DNA from: Subdoligranulum sp. CAG:314
GTDB taxonomy: Bacteria > Bacillota > Clostridia > Christensenellales > CAG-314
Length of the DNA: 64,000 bases
Direction: 5' to 3'
Assembly: GCA_000437915.1 (NCBI GenBank)
Contig: FR901000.1
Coordinates: 37,235-101,234 of the forward strand
Shown here: positions 1-8,834 of the stretch, one piece after another
Position numbering within the stretch: position 1 is the first letter of the stretch
Layout of the letters: every line of letters begins with the position of its first letter
Program-made: the position numbers and the translations under genes
Notes under the pieces: model-generated
Seen by the model: the letters and a program-made list of their open reading frames with translations, nothing else
Databases searched by the model: none
Told to the model about the DNA's origin: nothing

Positions 1-556
1 CGTCGCTTTCTAGCAGGTTTCCGCTGTCCACATAGCCGTTAAGCAAAAAAGTTCTACCGCCTACCGCAAGCTTGACTCTGCGCATAAACGCGCTCCGCTT
101 TTTAGCCGAAGATATGTATCGCACGACGTTGAACACAAGCTCCGCAAACAGCGCGACGCCCGCGACGTACAGCCCTACGGGCACTGTTGCCGAATAAGTG
201 AAAGCGGACATCGCCTTAAAATCCGTTCCCGTCATGTAGAACAGCCCTAAAATCGCTCCCCCCAATACAAATGTATATGCCACAAAAATCAGATTAGACA
301 TAATATAGTATTTTAATTTAAATTTCGGCAAAACGACCAATGTCATGAGCAGCGCGACGGCGATTTTCAAAATAAAGGAAACCCACGACGGAATTTTGAG
401 CAGCGGCATTGCAAGTGCGCACAACGTGCCCAGCAGCGCGGAAAGCAGGACGCGCCACAACCGCGGCTTTTGTCTGAGCGTAAGAAACGCGGCGTACAAA
501 AGCAGCGTGTTCATAGTCATATTGTCGATAACGACGTATTCTATGTAAACTGTCAT
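1..556 (-). CDS. spoIIGA: sigma-E processing peptidase SpoIIGA, N-terminal part (runs off the left edge)
   Basis: Hand translation of the minus strand from the ATG at 556 gives MTVYIEYVVIDNMTMNTLLLYAAFLTL..., several hydrophobic helices, then GYVDSGNLL (DSGN aspartic-protease motif of SpoIIGA). It is not in the ORF track because no stop lies inside the window. Confidence 0.7.
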   Translation of the reverse strand, partial: MTVYIEYVVIDNMTMNTLLLYAAFLTLRQKPRLWRVLLSALLGTLCALAMPLLKIPSWVSFILKIAVALLMTLVVLPKFKLKYYIMSNLIFVAYTFVLGGAILGLFYMTGTDFKAMSAFTYSATVPVGLYVAGVALFAELVFNVVRYISSAKKRSAFMRRVKLAVGGRTFLLNGYVDSGNLLESD

Positions 557-633
557 GAGCGAGTAAATAGATTTTAGCCGATTGACAGCGCGGCAGTTTG
601 AGTGTTTTGGCTGATTTTTGTTGAATTTAGGCA

Positions 634-663
634 GAAGACCTCCGGAGGGGACGCCGGAGGTCT
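634..663. terminator. 11-bp perfect hairpin downstream of the M23 peptidase gene
   Basis: AAGACCTCCGG (634-644) and CCGGAGGTCTT (653-663) flank an 8-nt loop. The T-run is only on the plus side, so orientation is ambiguous. Confidence 0.35.
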
Positions 664-692
664 TGTTTTACACCGAAAAATCCTAGCGGATT

Positions 693-1334
693 TCAGTCTT
701 TGTTTATATCGAAATAATTTGCGGGGTTGACGAATTTTCCGTCCTTTTTCATTTCAAGATGAAGGTGGGCGCCCTCTGCGCATTCATAAGCCGCAGACGT
801 GGAAACGCTTCCGATTTTGTCGCCCTTCTTTACTTTGTCGCCCTCCGACACTTCTATATCGTCGCCGAGGGAGAAGTAGGAGCTTACCAGTCCGTCGGCG
901 TGGGTAATCTCAACGATATTGCCCATGCCGTACTCGTTTCTCACAGAGGTTACCGTGCCGTCGCAGATTGCCACCACGGCAGCGCCCTCCTCGGCGAGGA
1001 AGTCCACTCCGTTGTGCACGCTCCACTCGTTGAGCGTCTTTTTGAACACAAGCACGTATTCGCTGTCGCGGCTGTAATCCATGCCCAGCGTATATTCCGC
1101 CACGGGAGACATGAACGTAGGCTTTTGTTCTTCGGACTTGGGCGGAACGAGATAATCGTTGAATTCTCCGAGATAGGTGTCGTTAACCGACGGACCGACA
1201 GGCGTCACAGGCGACTTGCCCAAGCTCACGCCGAGTATAATTCCCGTTATTGCAAGCACGCAGGCGATTATTATTATCAGAACCAGATTCTGACGCAAAA
1301 ACCGCAGAAAGTTGTTTGATTTTTGTGTACTCAT
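693..1334 (-). CDS. membrane-anchored M23/LytM family peptidase (SpoIIQ-like architecture possible)
   Basis: N-terminal TM helix; HNGVD (HxxxD) and HLHLE (HxH) motifs; GDKVKKGDKIG typical of M23 peptidases. Confidence 0.85.
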   Translation of the reverse strand: MSTQKSNNFLRFLRQNLVLIIIIACVLAITGIILGVSLGKSPVTPVGPSVNDTYLGEFNDYLVPPKSEEQKPTFMSPVAEYTLGMDYSRDSEYVLVFKKTLNEWSVHNGVDFLAEEGAAVVAICDGTVTSVRNEYGMGNIVEITHADGLVSSYFSLGDDIEVSEGDKVKKGDKIGSVSTSAAYECAEGAHLHLEMKKDGKFVNPANYFDINKD

Positions 1335-1418
1335 TTTTGAATTGCCTCCTAATTTCTCACAATGTGATATGTATTGTTGACCGTCCGACGCTTTTTAAAC
1401 ATCCGCAACGGAAATTTT

Positions 1419-1886
1419 TCAATAACTGCCCAGCAGCAGCGGGGAGCCTATATGCACCGTGCCTTGGTTCAACGCAATCTGTACGTTGATTTTCCTGCCG
1501 TCAACCTGTATTCCGCCTTTTAGCAACGGAGAATAGCCGTAAACGCACACTATCCCGTCTCCGATTGTTTCGCAAAAGATTTTGTCGGCACGCAGTAATT
1601 CAAGCCATTCCTCCAAATCGGAAGCGTCTCCCGCAAAGGAAACCGAAACTCCCGCATATCCGCGTGGAGCCTCCGCCGCACGGTCAAGTCCGCACTGCAC
1701 TATGCTTCCCGCGCCGTTGCGTATGACGCGCTCGCCGCAATCCGTTTCGCCGTCGTAAAAGAAGCTGTATGTACCGCCGACTATTTTTACGCGGTGAACA
1801 AAGTCTCCCGGAGAGTTTACAAGCAGCAACGCCAGCATGGCAAAGCATAACATCAAGATAAAAGCCTTTCTTCTGAAATCCTTCAT
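1419..1886 (-). CDS. exported hypothetical protein (possible YwmB-family)
   Basis: Start moved to the internal ATG (MKDFRRKAFILMLCFAMLALLL signal/anchor). The C-terminal ...NVQIALNQGTVHIGSPLLLGSY recalls YwmB-type ends. Family assignment is from memory only. Confidence 0.5.
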   Translation of the reverse strand: MKDFRRKAFILMLCFAMLALLLVNSPGDFVHRVKIVGGTYSFFYDGETDCGERVIRNGAGSIVQCGLDRAAEAPRGYAGVSVSFAGDASDLEEWLELLRADKIFCETIGDGIVCVYGYSPLLKGGIQVDGRKINVQIALNQGTVHIGSPLLLGSY

Positions 1887-2027
1887 GACAGATATTTTTG
1901 ACGGAAAACAAAAATTTAAACGCGCCGCCAAAAATTTTTCTTTGCGCGCCCGAAAAAGACAAAAAGTCCGAACACACTTGAAAAAATTCCGGCAACGGTT
2001 TATAATTTTGCCCGAAAGGAGAAAAAG

Positions 2028-2495
2028 ATGCGCAAACAGCTCAGAGAAATAACGGATAAGGAAGAAATAAAAGATTTGTTCCGAAATACTGACGTAATAA
2101 GACTAGGCATTTCCGACGAAAAACAGCCCTATGTCGTGCCCGTATCCTTCGGCTTCGATTGGAGCGACGAACAACCTACCTTTTATTTTCACGGAGCAAG
2201 GGAAGGAAAAAAATTCGAGCTGCTGACAAAAAATCCCTTTGTATGCGTGGAGGGAGACAATTTTTACAGATACAAAAAAACCGCCGCGTCCGTCACCTGT
2301 CTGTACGAAAGCTTTATCGCTATCGGCAGGTGCCGTCTGCTCGACGGCGGGGAAGCGGAACGGGGGCTGAAAAAGATTTTGGAACACTGCGGGTATGCCG
2401 AAACCGCGGTTCCCGAAAAATGCGCCGCGAATACGGCAGTTTTCGAAATTGCCGTAGAACAAATTTCGGGGAAACGTCGGGATACGCACAGCTGA
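2028..2495 (+). CDS. pyridoxamine 5'-phosphate oxidase-family FMN-binding protein
   Basis: The pattern ...IRLGISDEKQPYVVPVSFGFDW....FYFHGAREGKKFELL is typical of the PNPOx-like split-barrel family. AAAGGAG SD and a TATAAT lie upstream. Confidence 0.8.
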   Translation: MRKQLREITDKEEIKDLFRNTDVIRLGISDEKQPYVVPVSFGFDWSDEQPTFYFHGAREGKKFELLTKNPFVCVEGDNFYRYKKTAASVTCLYESFIAIGRCRLLDGGEAERGLKKILEHCGYAETAVPEKCAANTAVFEIAVEQISGKRRDTHS

Positions 2496-2567
2496 ATTTT
2501 CCGACATAAAATTCCCGACGTGTATCGTGCTTCCCACAGGGAATTTTTGCCGCATAATTTGAGTTTA

Positions 2568-2606
2568 GCGCACTATACCTTGCAAGCCGGGCAAGTGCGC
2601 TTTTTT
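2568..2606 (+). terminator. intrinsic terminator after the PNPOx-like gene
   Basis: GCGCACT...AGTGCGC outer stem with inner CTTGC/GCAAG pairing, followed by TTTTTT. Confidence 0.6.
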
Positions 2607-2674
2607 ATTTTACTTTTTTATTTGTTTGTTTTACAATATCTGAAAAATTACAGGAATCCTAGAGGAAGGGTACG

Positions 2675-3115
2675 ATGCTTATTTCGGAGAAAAACAAGGG
2701 CATAGACTTCAATGTAATCGGGTACGAATTTCCTCGTGAAAAAAAATCATCAAAAAAAGAATTTAATTATGACGCTAATTGGCTAAGTTTAAAAATTTAT
2801 TATCGAGACGGAAAAAAAGAAAAAACGTATATCACTCCTTGTTTATTGACATATGAATTGTCTGAATTGATAAATGTTTTTCAGAAAATCATCAATGGGG
2901 AACAAAACAGTTATATATCGTATTTTATCGAGCCGTGTTTATCTATTCGCATTACTAATGTCGACGAGTTTATTATTTTCGTATTTTCATTCGTACATGT
3001 TACAAGCATAGGTAAACGGTCAAAAATTTCAATCACCGCAAAATGGACAATGTCAGAAGCCGAAGAAAAAGTAAAGGAATTGAAAGACATGGAACTGAAA
3101 TTTCCGAAACGTTAA
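2675..3115 (+). CDS. hypothetical protein in an AT-rich islet (possible WapI-like immunity protein)
   Basis: 146-aa ORF. N-terminus FNVIGYEFP...FNYDANWLSLKIYY resembles my recollection of WapI-family immunity proteins. AT-rich compared with its neighbours. Confidence 0.45.
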   Translation: MLISEKNKGIDFNVIGYEFPREKKSSKKEFNYDANWLSLKIYYRDGKKEKTYITPCLLTYELSELINVFQKIINGEQNSYISYFIEPCLSIRITNVDEFIIFVFSFVHVTSIGKRSKISITAKWTMSEAEEKVKELKDMELKFPKR

Positions 3116-3133
3116 ATTAAATTTATCTGTAAC

Positions 3134-3171
3134 GAAAATAGAGAAGAATCTCAGAATTCTTCTCTATTTTC
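3134..3171. terminator. bidirectional terminator (16-bp perfect stem) between the islet gene and uvrC
   Basis: GAAAATAGAGAAGAAT (3134-3149) and ATTCTTCTCTATTTTC (3156-3171) flank a 6-nt loop, with T-runs on both strands. Confidence 0.65.
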
Positions 3172-3204
3172 ATATATGAATTGTCCTTTTCCGTCGGGGA
3201 TTTT

Positions 3205-5013
3205 TTATTTGTTGAAATAGTCAAATACGTTCCGCGCCGCCGCGAGCGTAAGTCCTTCGGTGGCTGCCAATTCTTCTATCGAGGCGGCGGATATGCTTTC
3301 AATGTTTTTGAAACGCTTTAAAAGCGCCGCCTGTCTTTTTGCGCCGATTCCCTCGATTTTGTCCAGCTCCGAGCGGAGCGCGTTTTTGTTGTGCAGCTTG
3401 CGGAAATAAGTTATGGCAAATCTATGCGCTTCGTCTCTGATGTTAATCAGCAGGTTGTGGGCGTGGCTTCCGGGAGGCAGCCTCACGGGCTCGTTGTCCC
3501 GCGTTGTGTACACCAATTCCTCTCTCTTTGCCAAAGAAATAAGCTCTATATTTTCCCCTGCGTTTTCCATTGCCTTTTTCGCGCTTGACAGCTGTCCGAG
3601 ACCGCCGTCCACCACAATCAGGTCGGGTCTTTTTCCGAAGCCCTCGTCCCCCTCTTTGAGTCTTGAAAGGCGACGATTCAAAACCTCCTCCATGCTTGCA
3701 AAATCGTTTGCGCCCTCTACCGTTTTGATTTTGAAGCGGCGGTACTGCGAAGCGTCCTTTTCGCCGTCCGTAAAAACCACCATTGACGCAACCTTGTCCG
3801 TGCCGCTGATATTGCTTATGTCGTAACACTCCATCCTGCGCGGAAGGGAAGACAGCCCGAGCAGATTTTTAAGGTCCCTGACTGCGCCCGAAGTTTTTGC
3901 CTCGTGTCTGTCGCTTTTCGCCTGACTTTTTTCAAGCTGCTCGGCGGCGTTTGAGTAAGCCATTTCCGTCAGCTGCTTTTTTACCCCGCGCACGGGCATA
4001 AACACTCGTATTTTTTTGCCGTATCGCTCGTACAGCAGCTGTTCCAAAGCGGCGAGGTCGTCGGGACAACAGTTGAGCAGCACCTGACTGCCAACCGAAT
4101 TGGTGGCGGAAAAATACATCGTGAGAAAGCTCGACAGCGTTTGTCTTTCGTCCAGACCGGCGTCAGTCACAGGATAGTTTTCCACAAGCAGAACCTTGCC
4201 CTGCCTTACCATAGTCTGATTGACGACGGCGGTGCGTCCGTTGTGGGCAATCGCAAAGACGTCGAGGTTCACAGGCTTGCCAAGCGTCACCAGCTTTGTT
4301 TCCTTTATACGTTCAATCAGCCTGAGACGGTCGCGGTAAACGATTGCTTTTTCAAAATTTCCCGCCTGCGAGGCTTGGTTCATAAGCTCCGTCAGACGTT
4401 GCTCCGCCTGTCTCGTGTTGCCGTTGAGAAACTCGATTATCCCCTTGACATAGCCGTCGTAGGTCTCCTTGTCAACCTTGCCTATGCAGGGCGCGCTGCA
4501 CCTGCCTATATGATAATTCAGACACGCGCGGAAGTTTTTCGGAAGCTTTTTGAAATCGAGTCGGCAGGCGGCGGTCGGAAATATGTCTCCCAGCATGGCA
4601 AGCAGTTGCTTTGTGCTGCCCATGACGGGGCCGAAATATTTTGCTCCGTCGTCAACCACCTTGCGGGTTATTTCCGGACGCGGAAAAGCCCTCCGCAAAT
4701 CCAGCCTTACGAAGGGATACTGCTTGTCGTCCTTCAACATTATGTTGTAGGGCGGCGAATATTTTTTTATCAGCGTGTTTTCCAGCGCCAGCGCGTCCGT
4801 TTCGCTTTTGGTTATTATATAACGCATATCGGCTATGTGCGTAAGCATAGCCATAACCTTTTCCGTTTTGTTGGAGGACACGAAAAAATACTGCCTCACG
4901 CGGTTGCGCAGGTTTTTTGCCTTGCCTACGTACAGCACCTTTCCGTCGCCGTCCATATAGATATAAACGCCGCTGTCCGTCGGCAAATCGCGCAGCTTGT
5001 CCCGTAAACTCAT
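3205..5013 (-). CDS. uvrC: excinuclease ABC subunit C
   Basis: GIY-YIG N-terminus (GVYIYMDGDGKVLYVGKAKNLRNRVRQYF), UVR domain, C-terminal RNase H-like and HhH regions; 602 aa. Confidence 0.97.
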   Translation of the reverse strand: MSLRDKLRDLPTDSGVYIYMDGDGKVLYVGKAKNLRNRVRQYFFVSSNKTEKVMAMLTHIADMRYIITKSETDALALENTLIKKYSPPYNIMLKDDKQYPFVRLDLRRAFPRPEITRKVVDDGAKYFGPVMGSTKQLLAMLGDIFPTAACRLDFKKLPKNFRACLNYHIGRCSAPCIGKVDKETYDGYVKGIIEFLNGNTRQAEQRLTELMNQASQAGNFEKAIVYRDRLRLIERIKETKLVTLGKPVNLDVFAIAHNGRTAVVNQTMVRQGKVLLVENYPVTDAGLDERQTLSSFLTMYFSATNSVGSQVLLNCCPDDLAALEQLLYERYGKKIRVFMPVRGVKKQLTEMAYSNAAEQLEKSQAKSDRHEAKTSGAVRDLKNLLGLSSLPRRMECYDISNISGTDKVASMVVFTDGEKDASQYRRFKIKTVEGANDFASMEEVLNRRLSRLKEGDEGFGKRPDLIVVDGGLGQLSSAKKAMENAGENIELISLAKREELVYTTRDNEPVRLPPGSHAHNLLINIRDEAHRFAITYFRKLHNKNALRSELDKIEGIGAKRQAALLKRFKNIESISAASIEELAATEGLTLAAARNVFDYFNK

Positions 5014-5075
5014 AAAAAGATTATATCACATACGGAAAAATTTTTGCATATAATATCCGAAAGGAAAGGAAAAAA

Positions 5076-5420
5076 TCAGTTTGCGGCGGCGGCGTAGCCT
5101 ACAAATTCCACCCCGCACAGCAAAATATCGTTGATTTTGTTGTCCGCAAGCCTATAAAACACGATTTTGCCCTGCCGCTCGCTCTCCACGATTCCCATGC
5201 TTTTCAAACTGCGCAGCTGATGGGACACGGTCGTCTGATTCATGCGGCACACGTCGGCAAGGTCCGTCACGCACATGCGGCTAATTGCCAGCGCGGAAAT
5301 GACGCGCAAACGGCTGCAATCGGAAAACAGAGCGAAAAAATCCGCAAGTCTTGACGCGGACTTGACGCTCGGAAGATAATAAGAAACTTCTTTTCTTGTC
5401 TTGTTGTCGAGAATTTCCAT
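5076..5420 (-). CDS. ArsR/SmtB-family metalloregulator-type transcription factor
   Basis: Winged-helix HTH MCVTDLADVCRMNQTTVSHQLRSLKSMGIVESERQGKIVFYRL; 114 aa. Confidence 0.85.
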   Translation of the reverse strand: MEILDNKTRKEVSYYLPSVKSASRLADFFALFSDCSRLRVISALAISRMCVTDLADVCRMNQTTVSHQLRSLKSMGIVESERQGKIVFYRLADNKINDILLCGVEFVGYAAAAN

Positions 5421-5502
5421 GAAAATATTTTAAAACCCGCACACTTGCGGATTTTCGCGCATATTGTAGTAAAGAAACGACGTTTGTCAAAAGGAGGTCT
5501 GT

Positions 5503-5715
5503 ATGAACATAGGAAACAACCTTTTATATCTGCTGCTTTTATACGCTGTGCTGGACAAAGACAACAAGCTGAGCGTGACTACGGGACTGCTCATTGCCGT
5601 TGGCATCATGATTTTCAGCGCGTGCTGCAACCCTTGCGGAAACCGCTGCACGGGCGCGAATCCGACCATAGGTCTAAACAACAATTTTGCCTTTGCCAAC
5701 GGAATAGCCGTCTGA
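5503..5715 (+). CDS. small (70 aa) two-helix membrane peptide with a Cys-rich segment
   Basis: Strong SD (AAAGGAGG, 5 nt before the ATG); hydrophobic LLYLLLLYAVL and GLLIAVGIMIFSACCNPCGNRC; divergent from the ArsR gene; a terminator follows. Confidence 0.55.
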   Translation: MNIGNNLLYLLLLYAVLDKDNKLSVTTGLLIAVGIMIFSACCNPCGNRCTGANPTIGLNNNFAFANGIAV

Positions 5716-5719
5716 AAGC

Positions 5720-5747
5720 AAAAAAGCGTCCCAAAGGGACGCTTTTA
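5720..5747. terminator. bidirectional terminator
   Basis: AGCGTCCC (5725-5732) and GGGACGCT (5736-5743), with an A-run before and a T-run after. It serves both convergent genes. Confidence 0.6.
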
Positions 5748-6296
5748 ATTTTCTTCGGCAGGAGGAGCGCCGTTTCCGTTTCTTTTTTTTATCAGCGAAG
5801 ACAAGTATCTGAGTCCTCCGCCGAGAATCAGGTCATACGGCACAAGCGCCGCTTGCGGCACAAGCAAAAACACCCACAAAAACCATCCGAGCGACGTGTA
5901 ATGCTCCCAGCTCTCCGAAAAAAACAAATAGGTGAGCAATACCAAAAGCCCGAGCGCGATTTCCAGAACGGCGTATTTTATAAGCCATTTGAAGGGCGCA
6001 GACAATCTGCTTTTGTCGACATACACTTTGACGATTATATACGGCGCGAAAAAAACCGCAAACGGAAGAACATAGAAAAATCTGCCTGAAATAATCATGG
6101 ACAGAGCGGCGGCAACTGCGGCGATTGCTATGCAGTAGCCGACGCTTTTCTCGTATGTCAACGCGGGTATTGCCGCCACTACGGAAGCTACGACCGACAG
6201 CGTCAACGTAACGGGAAGATAGACTGCGCCAATCAGAAGCGCCGACGCGATTGCTCCCATAACCCCAGCAAGCGCGATTTTATTGGCGCGTCTCAT
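5745..6296 (-). CDS. polytopic membrane protein, unknown function
   Basis: Start set at the ATG overlapping the upstream stop (ATGA at 6293-6296). About 6 hydrophobic helices and a basic/Gly C-tail. Confidence 0.65.
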   Translation of the reverse strand: MRRANKIALAGVMGAIASALLIGAVYLPVTLTLSVVASVVAAIPALTYEKSVGYCIAIAAVAAALSMIISGRFFYVLPFAVFFAPYIIVKVYVDKSRLSAPFKWLIKYAVLEIALGLLVLLTYLFFSESWEHYTSLGWFLWVFLLVPQAALVPYDLILGGGLRYLSSLIKKRNGNGAPPAEEN

Positions 6297-6907
6297 CCGC
6301 AGAAGCCTCTGCCGCAGCACTCGCAGCAAAGATTGGCAAGACACACGTCGCCGCAACAGCTGCCCGTGCAGGTTCCGTTGCCCGCCGGCGCGGTATAGCC
6401 GTTGCCCGCCGGCGCCGAGGTGGTGCGCATCTGCTCCGGCGGCACGGCGTTGCTCGCCAGAATCTTGTTGAGCTTTTCAAGCGAATTTTTGTATTTCATG
6501 TTTTGCGGGTCGAGAGAAAGCGCAAATTCAAGCTGCTTTTTGGACTCGAGAAACCAGTTTTTCTTGTAAAACACTATCGATTGAAGATAATGCCACTCTG
6601 CGGTGCGCGGCGTAAGATTGTCCAGCATCTCCTGCGCCTTGTTTATGTCGCCGTTTTTGAGCACTTCTTCGATTGCGGCGTAAGCCTGCTCCGAATCCTG
6701 ACCGTAAGATTTGTATTCGGAACGGGCGCGCTTGATTTCGCTGTAAGCGCGTTCCAGCTTTTCCAGCTTGTCGGCAGCTTCTTCTCCCGCAGGACCGTTC
6801 TGAAAACGCTCCTCGCCGTATTTTTCGCGAAGCTTTTTGTATGCGCTGTCCAGCTCCTCGTCGGAAACGGAAGGCGACACGCCGATAATATCGTATAAAT
6901 TTTCCAT
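6293..6907 (-). CDS. J-like domain (HPD missing) / TPR-like / cysteine-string tail protein
   Basis: MENLYDIIGVSPSVSDEELDSAYKKLREKYGEE (GEE where HPD is expected), TPR-like helices, an APAGNG x2 repeat, and 9 Cys in the last 27 residues (CTGSCCGDVCLANLCCECCGRGFCG). Confidence 0.75.
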   Translation of the reverse strand: MENLYDIIGVSPSVSDEELDSAYKKLREKYGEERFQNGPAGEEAADKLEKLERAYSEIKRARSEYKSYGQDSEQAYAAIEEVLKNGDINKAQEMLDNLTPRTAEWHYLQSIVFYKKNWFLESKKQLEFALSLDPQNMKYKNSLEKLNKILASNAVPPEQMRTTSAPAGNGYTAPAGNGTCTGSCCGDVCLANLCCECCGRGFCG

Positions 6908-6911
6908 ATAT

Positions 6912-7778
6912 CTAATTTTCCCTTTTATATTTTTCAAATACGGTCTTGGTCTTGTTGCGTATAAATTCGTAAATCACGTTTTTGAGCACGCAAACGTATT
7001 TGGTCAGATTGCAGTCGTTGAAGCTCTCGGCAGTCTTGTTGAGAGTTGTCATAAACACAAAATCCAGCGTCTCGCGGTTTTTTTCGACAAAGTCGGAGGC
7101 GCTTTCGAATCCGCCCAGACAAGCGACAAGAGGATTGTAGTTTTTGCGGGCATAATCCTTTTCCAGGTCGTCCAGCGCGTCAATAAGATAAATCCACTTG
7201 CCTATATTATAGCACAGATTCAAAATATATTCGCCGACGTTTTCCTCTCCCAACGCCCACACGGCGAAATCTCTCGTCAGCGCCGAAAACGGCTCGCACA
7301 CCATGTCCAGCACGCGGCAATCCTCTTCTTCAAGCCGCGCAAGCTCGCGGTAGCGGTTTTCTATCGTCCGCGCCAATTGAGGAGCCGCCTGCGACGCCTT
7401 TGAAAAAGGCTTTTTCAACAGATTGAACGCCGCTCTTTTTTTAAGGCTCATACCTCCGTCGCGCTTGTCGTCCAATAGATTGTAATACATAAGGATTACG
7501 TTTGCCTGCGCCAGCTTGTCCGTTATCTCGTCGGGTCTTAAAAGCGGGCGCTTTTTGAACGGACTCGCCGCGCACTTGTCGTTGTAAATCTCGACGTCGA
7601 TGTTCAGATAGCTGTGAAAGAGCACGTTGAAAAAGTTAATGTCGTAATTGCTTGTCAGGCGCGAGGAATTGTTCAACAACCGTTTTGCAGACAAACAGAC
7701 GCCGCAAAGAAATGTATGCCACAAGCCGTATTCGCCCTGAGTCAAGCGTTCCTTCTCCACATTTAAGTAACCGAACAT
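6912..7778 (-). CDS. DUF5685-like uncharacterised protein
   Basis: The N-terminus MFGYLNVEKERLTQGEYGLWHTFLCGVCLSAKRL matches my memory of the DUF5685 signature. Its start shares nt 7778 with the trpS stop. Confidence 0.7.
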   Translation of the reverse strand: MFGYLNVEKERLTQGEYGLWHTFLCGVCLSAKRLLNNSSRLTSNYDINFFNVLFHSYLNIDVEIYNDKCAASPFKKRPLLRPDEITDKLAQANVILMYYNLLDDKRDGGMSLKKRAAFNLLKKPFSKASQAAPQLARTIENRYRELARLEEEDCRVLDMVCEPFSALTRDFAVWALGEENVGEYILNLCYNIGKWIYLIDALDDLEKDYARKNYNPLVACLGGFESASDFVEKNRETLDFVFMTTLNKTAESFNDCNLTKYVCVLKNVIYEFIRNKTKTVFEKYKREN

Positions 7779-8785
7779 CAGAACCTCGGAACAAAGCCAA
7801 TTTTTCTGTACACCTTGGAAAGCGTTTTCTCCGCTCTTTTCGCCGCTTGCTCCGCGCCCCTTTTGAGCGCCTCAGCAATATACGATTTGTCCGCCGAAAA
7901 CTCCCTGAGTCTTTTTTGAACGGGTTCAAGGCCTGCGATTACCGCGTCTGCCACGCAGTCCTTCAATTCGCCGTAGCCTCTGCCCTCAAACTGCTCCACT
8001 ATGCGTTCAATCGAAATTCCGGAAAATCTCGAATAAATTGTCAGCAGATTTGAGATTGCGGGCTTGTCCTTGCCGAAACGCACGTGAGTGTCGCTGTCGG
8101 TGACTGCCCGCCTGAACTTGCGGCGTATTACGTCGGGCGAATCGGTCAGCGACACGTAACCGTTGTCGTTGTCGTCCGATTTACTCATTTTCGCCGTCGG
8201 CTCCGACAGACTCATTATCCGCGCGCCGTTTTGAGGTATGAAAGGCTCAGGCACGGCAAAGGTGGGAGAATATCGCGCATTGAAACGCGCGGCAAGGTCG
8301 CGGGCAAGCTCTAAATGCTGCTTTTGGTCGGCGCCCACGGGCACCAAATCCGTCTGATAAAGCAGAATGTCGCTTGCCATAAGAACGGGATAATCCATGA
8401 GTCCCATGTTGAGATTTTCGCTGTGGCGGCGCGCCTTTTCCTTGAACTGCGTCATGCGGTTCAACTCTCCGACATAGGTGAGGGTGTTCAAAACCCATGC
8501 CAGCTCGGCGTGCGCGGGCACGTGGGACTGAACGAAAACAGTGCTTTTTTCGGGATTTATGCCGCAGGCAAAGTACAGCGCGGCAAGCTCCAAGGTGTTG
8601 TTCCTGAGCGTCGAGGGCGTTTGCTGCACCGTTATGGCGTGCATATCGACAACGCAGAATATGCAGTCGTATTTATCCTGCAACTCCACCCAATTCGCCA
8701 ACGCTCCGAGATAATTTCCGATAGTAATCTGACCGCTTGGCTGTATTCCGCTGAATATGATTTGTTTTGCGTTTTGCTCGCTCAT
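7778..8785 (-). CDS. trpS: tryptophan--tRNA ligase
   Basis: Class I motifs (GIQPSGQITIGNYLGA, KMSKS). ATG at 8785 was chosen over the GTG at 8791 because GGGAGAGG lies 9 nt upstream. Confidence 0.95.
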   Translation of the reverse strand: MSEQNAKQIIFSGIQPSGQITIGNYLGALANWVELQDKYDCIFCVVDMHAITVQQTPSTLRNNTLELAALYFACGINPEKSTVFVQSHVPAHAELAWVLNTLTYVGELNRMTQFKEKARRHSENLNMGLMDYPVLMASDILLYQTDLVPVGADQKQHLELARDLAARFNARYSPTFAVPEPFIPQNGARIMSLSEPTAKMSKSDDNDNGYVSLTDSPDVIRRKFRRAVTDSDTHVRFGKDKPAISNLLTIYSRFSGISIERIVEQFEGRGYGELKDCVADAVIAGLEPVQKRLREFSADKSYIAEALKRGAEQAAKRAEKTLSKVYRKIGFVPRF

Positions 8786-8834
8786 CTGCACCGACCTCTC
8801 CCGACGCGTTATTCATGTTTCTTTTTTAGCTTAA

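Noticed and set aside
345-548. A 67-aa plus-strand ORF.
   Set aside because: It is antisense to the spoIIGA coding sequence, with no SD and no motifs.
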